A stretch of DNA of 64,000 nt from the NCBI GenBank assembly GCA_963668315.1, contig OY764216.1, positions 3,552,001 through 3,616,000 on the forward strand, given 5' to 3'. The DNA comes from Spirochaetia bacterium (GTDB lineage: Bacteria > Spirochaetota > Spirochaetia > DSM-2461). Both the position numbers and the translations under genes were made by a program. The notes beneath the pieces are model-generated. The model was not told the origin of the DNA. It was given only the letters and a program-made list of their open reading frames with translations, and made no database searches. Shown in pieces: positions 29,178-38,340 of this stretch (within the stretch, counting starts at the first letter, position 1; each line of letters starts with the position of its first letter).

Positions 29178-30035
29178 ATGACAGAAAGCGGCAAAATAGG
29201 TTTATATACAGCCATCGGGGCAATCGGAGGATTATGCGCCTTCGCACTTGTCAGCCTGATATCCCTGATGAAAGAGAGCTTCGGAAGCTACCTGATATTC
29301 AATATAGTCATGGGGGCCTGTTTCGGTCTTGCCATCGGCGCCGTCCTGGGCAGTGCCGAAGGAATCGTCCACGGCAACCGGCAGAAAATACTTTCCGGCC
29401 TTCTCTACGGGACCCTCACGGGTATCGCCGGCGGAATTGTCGGCGTGTTTCTGGGCCAGTCCCTCCTTCTCCGTTTCGATAGGGCCATGGGTGATGCGCC
29501 CCTCATCATATCCGCCCTTATCCAGGCCCTCTGCTGGATGATCATGGGAATGTTCGTGTCCCTGGGCGAAGGGCTCCGCTCCCGTTCGGGACTGAAACTG
29601 ACCTACGGCCTTCTGGGCGGGCTGACGGGCGGTCTGCTGGGGGGATTCCTTCTGGAGATCCTGACATCCCGTCTGGCCGGTCTTGTCATTCTGGGAGCGG
29701 CGATTACCTTCTTCTATGCCCTGATGGAGAAAAACTTCTCCCGCGGCGTGCTTCGGGTACTCAACGGCCCGTTGAAGGGCAAGAAACTGGCACTGAACCA
29801 GAGGAAGCTTACCCTTGGTCAGGGACAGGGCAACGATTTTGCCCTGATCGGTTATGACGGAGTGGAAGAGAAATGCCATGCGGTCATATCGGTGAGAAGC
29901 GACGGAGCCGTTCTGGAGCCGTTCAGCCACCGTTATGACGTTTACGTCAATGACGAAAAAACACAGAAAGCGGTTCTGAAATACGAAGATGTCATCCGTA
30001 TCGGGGAAGCCCGCTTTTTATATGAGGTGAAATAA
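29178..30035 (+). CDS. Gly-rich polytopic membrane protein with C-terminal FHA-like domain
   Basis: About six GxxxG-rich helices, then 'LRVLNGPLKGKKLAL...LTLG...ND...HAVI...VYVND...LKYEDVIRIG'. Confidence 0.85.
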   Translation: MTESGKIGLYTAIGAIGGLCAFALVSLISLMKESFGSYLIFNIVMGACFGLAIGAVLGSAEGIVHGNRQKILSGLLYGTLTGIAGGIVGVFLGQSLLLRFDRAMGDAPLIISALIQALCWMIMGMFVSLGEGLRSRSGLKLTYGLLGGLTGGLLGGFLLEILTSRLAGLVILGAAITFFYALMEKNFSRGVLRVLNGPLKGKKLALNQRKLTLGQGQGNDFALIGYDGVEEKCHAVISVRSDGAVLEPFSHRYDVYVNDEKTQKAVLKYEDVIRIGEARFLYEVK

Positions 30036-31447
30036 TGAAAGACAAACTGTTTAATATAAAGACGCTGTTTTTTCTTTTGGCGGCCTTTTCCCTGCAGGCC
30101 GAGAACATGGTCATAACAGGGATTGATTCCACCGGGATGCTGAGTACGCAGAAAGTGGACCTTTACGTGACTCAGACCGATGAAACGGGCAAAGCCCTTG
30201 ACGAGAGCGGCGAACTGACCGTTTATGAATCTCCCGACGGGGAAAAGTGGATTCCCGTCAGCTCCGAACTGTCCATTGACAGGGAGGCAAACCGCAGAGA
30301 GGGAATCGCCTTTCTCATGCTGATGGACAATTCGGGCAGTATGTACGACGACTTGAACGGAAGGGCCACGGAGAATTACGCCGATCAGAGGATGACCCAT
30401 GCCAAGGAAGCCATGCGTACCTTTCTCGGCTCCATAGAAGACAGCCGGGACCGGGTGGCTCTGGTGGCGTTTAATACGGATTACAGGATCCTTTCGGAAA
30501 GTACCGGTAACAGAAGCGTTCTCCTCGATCAGCTTGAGTACATAAGCAAACCCGAACCGGCAAAGGCCTACACAGAACTTTACTCCTCCCTTGACAGGAG
30601 TTCCCAGTTCTTCGAGGACCAGGAAGAGAAGGGGAGGAAAATCATCATTGTCCTCTCCGATGGAGAGAATTATCCCTACTTTGCCATAAAGGGTGAACCC
30701 CATCCCGAGTACGGCGAACGTCTTTATACGCCCGAAGAGGCGGCGGAAAGCCTGAACAAGGAAGGGATAACCCTTTACGCCATTCACTTCGGTCTGAAGC
30801 AGGATCCCTATCTCGGAGAGATTGCCACCGAGACGGGCGGCAGGGTTTTCGATGCCCGCAACGGGGAAGAGCTTGCCATGATCTATGACAGCATCAGAAA
30901 ATCTGTGATGGATGAATATAAGGTCACGTATAAAGCCGGAGTTTTTCATTCTCCCCGCGTATTTGTGAAAATTGCCTCTTCCTCTATTGAATCGGAAGCC
31001 CGTTATTACTATAATTCATCTCTATTTGGTGAATCGGGGGCTCTCCCCCTGCTGGTCCTGCTGCTGTTTTTACTTCTTTCAATAGGCCTATGGCTGCTGT
31101 TGACAAAAATTCGTCTTGAAAGGGTCAACAAGGCGCCCCATATCGAACTTATCGGTCCCGGGGGCTTGAGAAACCGTGTTCTTGAACTGAATGAAGGAAA
31201 AACCGTCATAGGAACCAGCGAAAACCATGATATGACAATTGCGGGCAAAGGTGCCCCTTCTGAGAAGGAATCGGCCACTATCATCTACGATGAGAAGAAG
31301 CAGGCCTTTACGCTGGTTGCGGGAGAAGGGGAAGCCACGATGGTAAATAACCGGGAGGTTTCCCGAAAAGACCTGAAGGCCGGCGATGTCATCAAGGTGG
31401 GAGACAACCTGATAATTTTTGATGACGAAGGAACGCAGGTAAGATAG
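30035..31447 (+). CDS. vWA-domain membrane protein with cytoplasmic FHA-like domain
   Basis: Signal peptide; MIDAS 'DNSGS'...'T'...'LSDGE'; TM segment; 'TVIGT...HD...MVNN...LKAGDVIKVG'. Confidence 0.9.
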   Translation: MKDKLFNIKTLFFLLAAFSLQAENMVITGIDSTGMLSTQKVDLYVTQTDETGKALDESGELTVYESPDGEKWIPVSSELSIDREANRREGIAFLMLMDNSGSMYDDLNGRATENYADQRMTHAKEAMRTFLGSIEDSRDRVALVAFNTDYRILSESTGNRSVLLDQLEYISKPEPAKAYTELYSSLDRSSQFFEDQEEKGRKIIIVLSDGENYPYFAIKGEPHPEYGERLYTPEEAAESLNKEGITLYAIHFGLKQDPYLGEIATETGGRVFDARNGEELAMIYDSIRKSVMDEYKVTYKAGVFHSPRVFVKIASSSIESEARYYYNSSLFGESGALPLLVLLLFLLLSIGLWLLLTKIRLERVNKAPHIELIGPGGLRNRVLELNEGKTVIGTSENHDMTIAGKGAPSEKESATIIYDEKKQAFTLVAGEGEATMVNNREVSRKDLKAGDVIKVGDNLIIFDDEGTQVR

Positions 31448-32050
31448 ATGGGACACAGAGGAGAAATCTTCACAAGAAAGATATTTGTTAAGGACGGGGA
31501 AAAAACCTATTTTTTCAATATCAAGGAAAACCGTTACGGCAACAAATTTTTAAATCTGGTGGAAAGCAGCAAAAGAGAGGGAGGCCCTTTCAAACGGAAT
31601 TCCATCATGGTTTACAGGGAAGATTTACCCTCTTTCATGGAAGGTTTCTCCGAAGCCTGTGAACATCTCAATAAAAAAGAAAAAACCCAGCTCTCCCTCT
31701 CCAAGGGGGAGGAATCGGGTCGAAGAACCTTCCATTTCTCCGTAAAATGGAACAAATTCGGCTGGGGATCGATCTTTATTTCCGAAGAAAGGTCCGATTA
31801 TACCTCTGAGCTGCATAACGAAATGATTCTGATTGATGAAAGGGACATGGAAGACTTTCTCAAAGGCTACGAACCCGCCATGGCTAAGCTCAGGCAGGAA
31901 AAACAGTCCGAACCTCCCCAAACACCCCCGAAAGCACCCGAGAAGAAACCTGGTAAAAAGGTGAAAATCTCTCTTCCCGCCGCCCCCGGGAACAAGAAGG
32001 AAAAAGAGGTTCCCAAAAAAAACAAAATTAAAGTTGTCGCTAAAAAATAA
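31448..32050 (+). CDS. PUR-domain (DUF3276/BpuR-like) nucleic-acid-binding protein with two repeats and a Lys/Pro-rich tail
   Basis: 'RGEIF...KTYFFNIKENRYG..FLN.VES...R.SI.VY.EDL..F', followed by a second 'RRTFHFSVK.NKFG...I.ISE...ILI.E.D...F' repeat. Confidence 0.8.
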   Translation: MGHRGEIFTRKIFVKDGEKTYFFNIKENRYGNKFLNLVESSKREGGPFKRNSIMVYREDLPSFMEGFSEACEHLNKKEKTQLSLSKGEESGRRTFHFSVKWNKFGWGSIFISEERSDYTSELHNEMILIDERDMEDFLKGYEPAMAKLRQEKQSEPPQTPPKAPEKKPGKKVKISLPAAPGNKKEKEVPKKNKIKVVAKK

Positions 32051-32089
32051 ATCATTGATTTATTCACTAGTCTGTAATAGATTTATAAT

Positions 32090-33157
32090 GTGAAGAAGAT
32101 ATTTATCAATCTGGACGGCGGAAAGAAATTAAGTTTGGGAACTCTTGATTCACTTGCATCAAGGAGATTTCGCTTACGTTCGGTTGATGAAAATCAGTAT
32201 CAGGCCAGAATCAATGTCGGTCTGATGGATGATTATAACTCCTATGAATTAAAATCGTTCTATCTGGATAAGCTGAAACCGTCGTCCAACGGATACTCCT
32301 ATATGGAATGTCTTTTAAACAGAGACGGCCGGCGTCTTGAACTGATCATAAAAAATGCAGGCCGTACGGTCTGCCGGGAAAGCTTTTCCATTCTGCCCCG
32401 TAAGTTATTCTACAGGAACATAGCCTTGCTCCTCGGGGCCGTTCTTCTCATCGCCGGTCTGACGTTTTTTTTCCTCACCTTTGATTTCTCCTCCATGGGA
32501 GCGGGACAGAAAAGCTCTTACGCAGAGCCGCAACGGGTATCCCGTGAAAGGGAAACCAGCGAAGCAACAGGACAGCCGCCTAAGGAAGAATCCTCCCCGG
32601 CTGTGACGGAAAAAGCTCCCCGGACGATAGAGAGGACTGTCCCTGTATCGGATGAAGGAAAGGAAGAAGCGCTCGATACATCATCTGAGCCCCTATCCCT
32701 TGACAGCTCTTCCGTGGAAGTACAGGTAATCGAAGTCCCCGAAGCGGCAGAAGCGGCAGCCATTACCGGGAAAAGTCCGTCGGAAGAAATCAGCTCCCCC
32801 CCGGGTCCCGATTTCTCCCTCCTTGATAAAAATGACTTAGTGTTGTATTTTACACCCAATAGTTCCTACCTGGAACCGAACGCCATTCATTCTCTGGAAA
32901 ATGTCTTATCCTTTCTCTTGGATTATCCGACAGTCCGTGTTAAAATTACAGGACACTGTGCCATAGCCGGCACGGAAGCGGGAAGAAGAGAGATTTCAGT
33001 GGATAGAGCCGTTAATGTGGAGAGATGGCTGCGGAAGGGAGGCTGGAAGCCGGTTTTTCCTCCGCAGGTGAATGGAGAAGCGGGGAACTTTCCCTTAACA
33101 AGAGATCCTGAGAATCAGGAGATCAACCGCCGGGTCGAGATTGACCTATCCGAATAG
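32090..33157 (+). CDS. Bitopic OmpA-like peptidoglycan-binding protein with N-terminal cytoplasmic domain
   Basis: TM segment near aa 110-130, Ser/Glu/Pro linker, and 'YFTPNSS.L', 'ITGHCA', 'S.DRA.NV', 'NRRVEI'. Confidence 0.88.
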   Translation: MKKIFINLDGGKKLSLGTLDSLASRRFRLRSVDENQYQARINVGLMDDYNSYELKSFYLDKLKPSSNGYSYMECLLNRDGRRLELIIKNAGRTVCRESFSILPRKLFYRNIALLLGAVLLIAGLTFFFLTFDFSSMGAGQKSSYAEPQRVSRERETSEATGQPPKEESSPAVTEKAPRTIERTVPVSDEGKEEALDTSSEPLSLDSSSVEVQVIEVPEAAEAAAITGKSPSEEISSPPGPDFSLLDKNDLVLYFTPNSSYLEPNAIHSLENVLSFLLDYPTVRVKITGHCAIAGTEAGRREISVDRAVNVERWLRKGGWKPVFPPQVNGEAGNFPLTRDPENQEINRRVEIDLSE

Positions 33158-33174
33158 CTTAGGAGTTAGCGTAC

Positions 33175-33627
33175 TTGAATCTTTATGAAAATATTCCTTT
33201 GATGGCCAGTCTGGCTGCCCTTGTTCTGGCGCAGGTTCTTAAGGTCATCGTCGTCATCATCTTTGACAAGAAAATCGAAATGTTCCGCCTGAGCAGCACA
33301 GGGGGCATGCCCTCTTCCCATTCCGCATCAGTAGCAGCCCTGGCTTCTTCCATCGGTTATATATACGGGTTTGATACTCCCTACTTTGCCATATCCTGCG
33401 TTTTCGGCATCATTGTTATCTACGACTCTATCGGAATCAGACGGGCTGCGGGAAAACACGCAGAGATACTGAACTCGCTTATGGATGAATTCGCCCATCT
33501 CTGGGATGAGGGAGACAGGCCCAAAGCATTGAAAACCCTGCTGGGCCATACCTATCCGCAGACATTCGTGGGAACCCTGCTGGGGATTTTTGTCGGTATC
33601 GCCGCCTGCCGTATAAACGTACTGTGA
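33175..33627 (+). CDS. Divergent PAP2-family (DUF212) membrane protein
   Basis: 'GGMPSSHSA', 'YDSIGIRRAAGKHA' and 'LGHT'; TTG start with SD AGGAG. Confidence 0.9.
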   Translation: MNLYENIPLMASLAALVLAQVLKVIVVIIFDKKIEMFRLSSTGGMPSSHSASVAALASSIGYIYGFDTPYFAISCVFGIIVIYDSIGIRRAAGKHAEILNSLMDEFAHLWDEGDRPKALKTLLGHTYPQTFVGTLLGIFVGIAACRINVL

Positions 33628-33712
33628 AATAAATCACACTAAAAGCTGGTCTTTTTTACTCTTCCGTTGTACAGTTTATTTAACGACAGGATAACACTGA
33701 AGGAGGCTGAAT

Positions 33713-34798
33713 ATGGCCAGAAAAATTAACTTTTATGCGGGACCTTCCGTTCTACCCGTAGAGGTACTGGAAGAGCTGGGAAAAGAGATGGTGGAATATA
33801 AGGGCAGCGGGCTTTCCCTCGTCGAAACAAGTCATCGCTCAGCCACTTATGATGAAATTCATAGTAATGCCCTGGTTCTCTTCCGGGAGCTTCTGCAGGT
33901 TCCTGATAATTATAAAATTCTTTTCCTTCAGGGGGGAGCGACCCTCCAGTTTACCATGGTACCCATGAACCTCATGGGGCAGGGCGGAACCTGTGATTTT
34001 ACCATGACCGGAGCCTGGGCGAAAAAAGCCATGGATGACGCAAAAAAAATCGGTAATGTCAACGTTGTGTTTGACGGCAGCGCCGATAATTTCATGTCCC
34101 TGCCCGAGGCGGATTCCGTCAAACCCTCGGACGGCTCCTCCTATCTCCATATCACCAGTAACGAAACGATCGGCGGCGTTCAGTGGAAATCCTTTCCCCG
34201 GACGGGCGATGTCCCTCTGGTCGCCGATATGTCCTCCGATATTCTCAGCCGTCCCCTGGATGTGAACCAGTTCGGCGTCATCTACGCGGGTGCTCAGAAG
34301 AACATAGGCCCCTCCGGACTGACCGTTGTGGTAATCCGTGAGGATCTCCTCGAGAGGCAGGCCGATAAGCTTACGGCCTACATGGCTTACAAAACCCACG
34401 CCAAGGGCGATTCCCTCTACAACACACCCGGAGTTTTCCCCATCTGGGCCACGGAACTCGTTCTGGCCAGGATGAAAAGAATGGGCGGTCTTGAGGCCTT
34501 TGCAAAGATGAACGAAGAGAAAGCCGCAGTGCTTTATAATGTCATTTCCCAATACTCCGATTTCTACAAATGCCCCGTTGACGCCAAATGCCGCTCCCTC
34601 ATGAATGTGGTCTTTACCACTCCCACGGAAGAACTGGACAAAGCTTTCGTAGCCCAGGCGACGGCCAAGGGAATGGTCGGTCTGAAAGGCCATAGGAGCG
34701 TGGGTGGCTGCCGGGCGTCCATTTACAACGCCATGCCCAAAGAAGGGGTGGAAGCGCTGGCTTCCTTCATGGAAGATTTTGCCAAGGTGAACGGCTGA
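33713..34798 (+). CDS. serC: Phosphoserine aminotransferase
   Basis: 'NFYAGPSVLP', 'LQGGA', 'NETIGG', 'ADMSS', PLP Lys 'GAQKNIGPSG' and 'KGHRSVGG.RASIYN'. Confidence 0.97.
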   Translation: MARKINFYAGPSVLPVEVLEELGKEMVEYKGSGLSLVETSHRSATYDEIHSNALVLFRELLQVPDNYKILFLQGGATLQFTMVPMNLMGQGGTCDFTMTGAWAKKAMDDAKKIGNVNVVFDGSADNFMSLPEADSVKPSDGSSYLHITSNETIGGVQWKSFPRTGDVPLVADMSSDILSRPLDVNQFGVIYAGAQKNIGPSGLTVVVIREDLLERQADKLTAYMAYKTHAKGDSLYNTPGVFPIWATELVLARMKRMGGLEAFAKMNEEKAAVLYNVISQYSDFYKCPVDAKCRSLMNVVFTTPTEELDKAFVAQATAKGMVGLKGHRSVGGCRASIYNAMPKEGVEALASFMEDFAKVNG

Positions 34799-34799
34799 G

Positions 34800-36083
34800 A
34801 TGTCTGAGCTGAGAGAAAAACTGGCCCGGGTCGGTCTGGGCCTTCCCCGGATTCTGCTTCCTTCGGATAAGCTGGATTATTCCAAATGGTCCGTTGTGGC
34901 CTGCGATCAGTTCACATCGGACAAGGCTTACTGGCGCGATGTGGAAGAGATTGCGGGAGACGCTCCGTCTACAAGAAAAATAATCTTCCCCGAAGTCTAC
35001 CTGGAAAAGGCGGACAAAGAAGCGGAGAGGGCAAAAATCAACGGAACCATGAGAACCTATCTGAACGACGGGACTTTGATCGAGAAGGATCCGGGGTTTG
35101 TCTACGTTGAGAGAAGCACCCCTTTCGTCAAAAAGCGAAAGGGCCTTGTGGCGGCTCTGGATCTGGAGATGTATGACTTTCACAAGGGCACGGTTTCCCC
35201 CATACGGCCCACGGAAGCCACCGTGCTGGATCGGCTCCCTCCCCGTATCAGCGTGAGAAGGGAAGCCGTATTGGATCTTCCCCATATTCTGGTGCTTTTT
35301 GATGATCCCGAAGACAGCGTTTTTTCCCTCCTGGAAGAGAAGAAGGACCTTTTCCCCGCCCTTTATGATTTTGATCTCATGAAATCGGGCGGTCATATAA
35401 AAGGCTTCGCCGTCAATGACGGGGATGTTCTGAATGCACTTGCCGAACGATTTGAAGAACTGAAGCAGGGAAAACCTCTTCTTTTTGCCATCGGGGACGG
35501 CAACCACTCCCTGGCTTCCGCCAAGGAGGTATGGAGAGAGCTTAAGGAAAAGGGAGCGTCCGATGATCATCCCGCCCGCTATGCCCTTGTAGAGCTGGAA
35601 AATATCCATGACAAGGGTCTGGTGTTCGAGCCTATCCACCGAGTGCTTTTTGATATGAAAGACGATAGTTTTTTCACTGCCTTAATGAACCTGCCCGGGG
35701 CGGAAAGCCGGGAAGTCGACTCCTTTGGGGAGATGAAAAACGAGATGGGACGAAAGGGCTGCATCGGCATCAGCTGGAACGGCAGACACTGGGCGGTCAC
35801 GCTCGCCGGTTCTTCCGATGAGCTGGAAGCGGAAAGGCTTCACGCTTTCCTGGATCCCTGGCTGGAAAAAACAGGCATTGCCGTCGATTACATCCACGGA
35901 GACGAAGCATACCTGGAACTGACCTCCCGGAAAGGCAACGGAGGAATTTATCTGCCTGCCATTGATAAGGGAGAGTTCTTCAGCCTTGTGGACCAAAAGG
36001 GTTCCATGCCCAGAAAAACCTTCTCCCTGGGAGAAGCGGAGGAAAAAAGATACTATCTTGAGGCAGCCAGGCTGATCCCTTAA
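34800..36083 (+). CDS. DUF1015-family protein
   Basis: 'WSVVACDQFTS', 'IRPTEATV', 'AIGDGNHSLA', 'PIHR' and 'MPRKTFS'. Confidence 0.85.
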   Translation: MSELREKLARVGLGLPRILLPSDKLDYSKWSVVACDQFTSDKAYWRDVEEIAGDAPSTRKIIFPEVYLEKADKEAERAKINGTMRTYLNDGTLIEKDPGFVYVERSTPFVKKRKGLVAALDLEMYDFHKGTVSPIRPTEATVLDRLPPRISVRREAVLDLPHILVLFDDPEDSVFSLLEEKKDLFPALYDFDLMKSGGHIKGFAVNDGDVLNALAERFEELKQGKPLLFAIGDGNHSLASAKEVWRELKEKGASDDHPARYALVELENIHDKGLVFEPIHRVLFDMKDDSFFTALMNLPGAESREVDSFGEMKNEMGRKGCIGISWNGRHWAVTLAGSSDELEAERLHAFLDPWLEKTGIAVDYIHGDEAYLELTSRKGNGGIYLPAIDKGEFFSLVDQKGSMPRKTFSLGEAEEKRYYLEAARLIP

Positions 36084-36973
36084 GAGAGGGGTCTGTGACT
36101 CTCTCTTCTGATGGTATTTTCACGGTCGGCGATGTGGGACAGGAGTTCCTCACCGCCGATCCATTCGAAAAATCTATTGAGAATATAATGAACCGCACGG
36201 GGTGAGGGATGGCATAAATCATCGCCGTACCAGCGGTAGTCCCTTAGTTCATCCATGACGATCTCGTAGGCGGGAAAATACTCGATCCAGTCCCTGTCTC
36301 GGCAGATATCTTCGCAAAGGCACCTGAGCAAAGCCTTGGAATAGGAATTTTCCCGGGCATCATTACGTAAATGCCGGACGGGACTGACCGTGATTATTAC
36401 GCGAAGCTTTTCATTGTATTCCCTTAATCGATCCAGAGATATTCCCAGAGAACCGCCGGAAGAAGGATCATCCCATCTTACATAACTGTCCCGTTCAAAA
36501 TCCCGATTGTCACACCTGTGGCAATTATTGACGATCCGGGAAGAGGAAATATGCCTGTAAACCCAGGCTGTCCCCAGAGTGACGACAAGAAAATCTGTTT
36601 CGCCCAACTCTTCGTGTCCCCGGGCAACCAGCTCCCGGAAATGGGATTCCGCCCTCTCTCCCTCCGAAGGCTCCCCCCTATAGCACCGGGAGGAATGAAA
36701 GGAGAAATGTCTCCAGAGCCCCTGCTGATAAAAGGGTGCGCCCCTTAGGGTATTATCCGACAGATTTGTAAAAGACTCGGCCAGACTGAGGGGATTGTAG
36801 GAGATACCAAAGGGAGAGAGAGTGCTATTCAGTCCCAGGATCCGGTATTTATCTTCCAGTTCCGAAGCGAAGCAGGAGCCGAAAAAACCGACCCTGTGGC
36901 GGGGCGTCAATTCGAAGGAGGATCGGGGAAATCTGACCGGAGTTCGGGTATTGGCCCAGAAATCTTTTTTCAT
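36080..36973 (-). CDS. GSCFA-domain protein (SGNH-like)
   Basis: 'GSCFA', 'TLGTAW', 'TVSPVRH' and 'YFPAYEIVMDELRDYR.Y..D..HP'. Confidence 0.92.
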   Translation of the reverse strand: MKKDFWANTRTPVRFPRSSFELTPRHRVGFFGSCFASELEDKYRILGLNSTLSPFGISYNPLSLAESFTNLSDNTLRGAPFYQQGLWRHFSFHSSRCYRGEPSEGERAESHFRELVARGHEELGETDFLVVTLGTAWVYRHISSSRIVNNCHRCDNRDFERDSYVRWDDPSSGGSLGISLDRLREYNEKLRVIITVSPVRHLRNDARENSYSKALLRCLCEDICRDRDWIEYFPAYEIVMDELRDYRWYGDDLCHPSPRAVHYILNRFFEWIGGEELLSHIADRENTIRRESHRPLS

Positions 36974-36974
36974 G

Positions 36975-38327
36975 TCAGATTTTCAGGAAGAGGCGGGCAA
37001 TCTCAAAATAGATGGTCAGACCGCACACGTCTATGACGGTAGACATGAGGGGACCGGCGGCGACCGTCGGGTCAAGACCGATCCGATGGATGACCATGGG
37101 AACGATACAGCCCAGTATGGTCGCAAAGACCACCACGCAGGTAAGGGCGAAGGCGACCGTCAGGGCTTCATAAAAACCGATTCCCGGGGGCAGGAACAGG
37201 CTTCGAAGCAGAATAACCACACCGGTGGCCACCCCGATAAGCAGGGCGACGAAGAGCTCTTTGAGAATGACTTTCCCCAGGTCTTTGAATTTCAGCTCGC
37301 CCGTGGCTAATCCGCGTATCATCAAAGTGGATGACTGGGTTCCTGTGTTACCCCCTGTCTGGGTAATCACGGGGATGAAGAGTGTCAGAAACAGGGCCGC
37401 CACCGTCAGATCGGAGTAGGCGTCAAGAACATTGGTGGTAATCGTCCCCGCGATGAGAAGGATGATAAGCCAGGGGAGACGCTTCCAGACCAGGGCGAAG
37501 ACCGATGATTCCAGATAGCTGTCCGTGCTTCCTCCCATGGCACCCATCTTGTAGATATCTTCGGTCTGTTCTTCCCTAATGACGTCGATGACATCATCAA
37601 ACGTCACGATACCGAGAAGCCGGTGCTGATTGTCTACAACGGGAATAGCCAGCAGGTCGTTATCTTCCAGAACCCGGGCGGCCTCTTCCTGGTCCGTATC
37701 AGCCTTGACATAGATGACATTGCGTTCCATGAGATCGCCGACTTTTTCGTTATTATCGGCCGACAAAAGTTCCCTTAGGGAGATAACGCCGATAAGTCTT
37801 TTGAATCCGTCCACCACATAAAGGTAGTAGATGGTTTCCAGCTTATCCGTCATATCCCGGCGGACAAAACTGATAGCCTGATTCACCGTGATTTCCGCCC
37901 GGAGCGCTCCGTAACGGGGCGTCATGATTCCGGCGGCGTCATCCTCGTCATAGCGTAAAAGAAATTCGATCTCCCGCCGTGAGTCCTTAGTCAGATTATT
38001 CCAGAGGCTTTCTCGCACATCGGCGGAAACCGACTGGATAAGGTCGGCCAGGTCATCCGGCTCCATATAGAGGAGGAGATCCTTGGTAAGTTGCTCGGAC
38101 AGATTTTCCAGAAGGACTTCCTGGTCGGAATGGTTCAGCTCGGCCATAAGGCTGGAGCGGCTCTCCTGGTCAATAAGAAGGAACAGCTGCAGAGACTGCT
38201 CAGGAGTCAGGGAGTCCCAGAGTTCCACGAGGTCGGAGGCTGTCAGTTCCCGCAGGGAATCGGCTATCTCCCCGTTATTCAAAGGGTCTTCCATATATTC
38301 GCTTATGTTATCGAGCAGCCTTTCCAT
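36975..38327 (-). CDS. mgtE: Magnesium transporter MgtE
   Basis: MgtE_N, a CBS pair, 'KRLPWL', 'GGNTGTQS' and 'DPTVAAGPLMSTVID'. Confidence 0.96.
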   Translation of the reverse strand: MERLLDNISEYMEDPLNNGEIADSLRELTASDLVELWDSLTPEQSLQLFLLIDQESRSSLMAELNHSDQEVLLENLSEQLTKDLLLYMEPDDLADLIQSVSADVRESLWNNLTKDSRREIEFLLRYDEDDAAGIMTPRYGALRAEITVNQAISFVRRDMTDKLETIYYLYVVDGFKRLIGVISLRELLSADNNEKVGDLMERNVIYVKADTDQEEAARVLEDNDLLAIPVVDNQHRLLGIVTFDDVIDVIREEQTEDIYKMGAMGGSTDSYLESSVFALVWKRLPWLIILLIAGTITTNVLDAYSDLTVAALFLTLFIPVITQTGGNTGTQSSTLMIRGLATGELKFKDLGKVILKELFVALLIGVATGVVILLRSLFLPPGIGFYEALTVAFALTCVVVFATILGCIVPMVIHRIGLDPTVAAGPLMSTVIDVCGLTIYFEIARLFLKI

Positions 38328-38340
38328 AATGCCTCCTTTA

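Noticed and set aside
25759..33157. Type VI secretion cluster or ter-type stress locus
   Set aside because: No Hcp, VgrG, sheath, ClpV or Ter genes are in the window, and the phosphatase is not PP2C-type.
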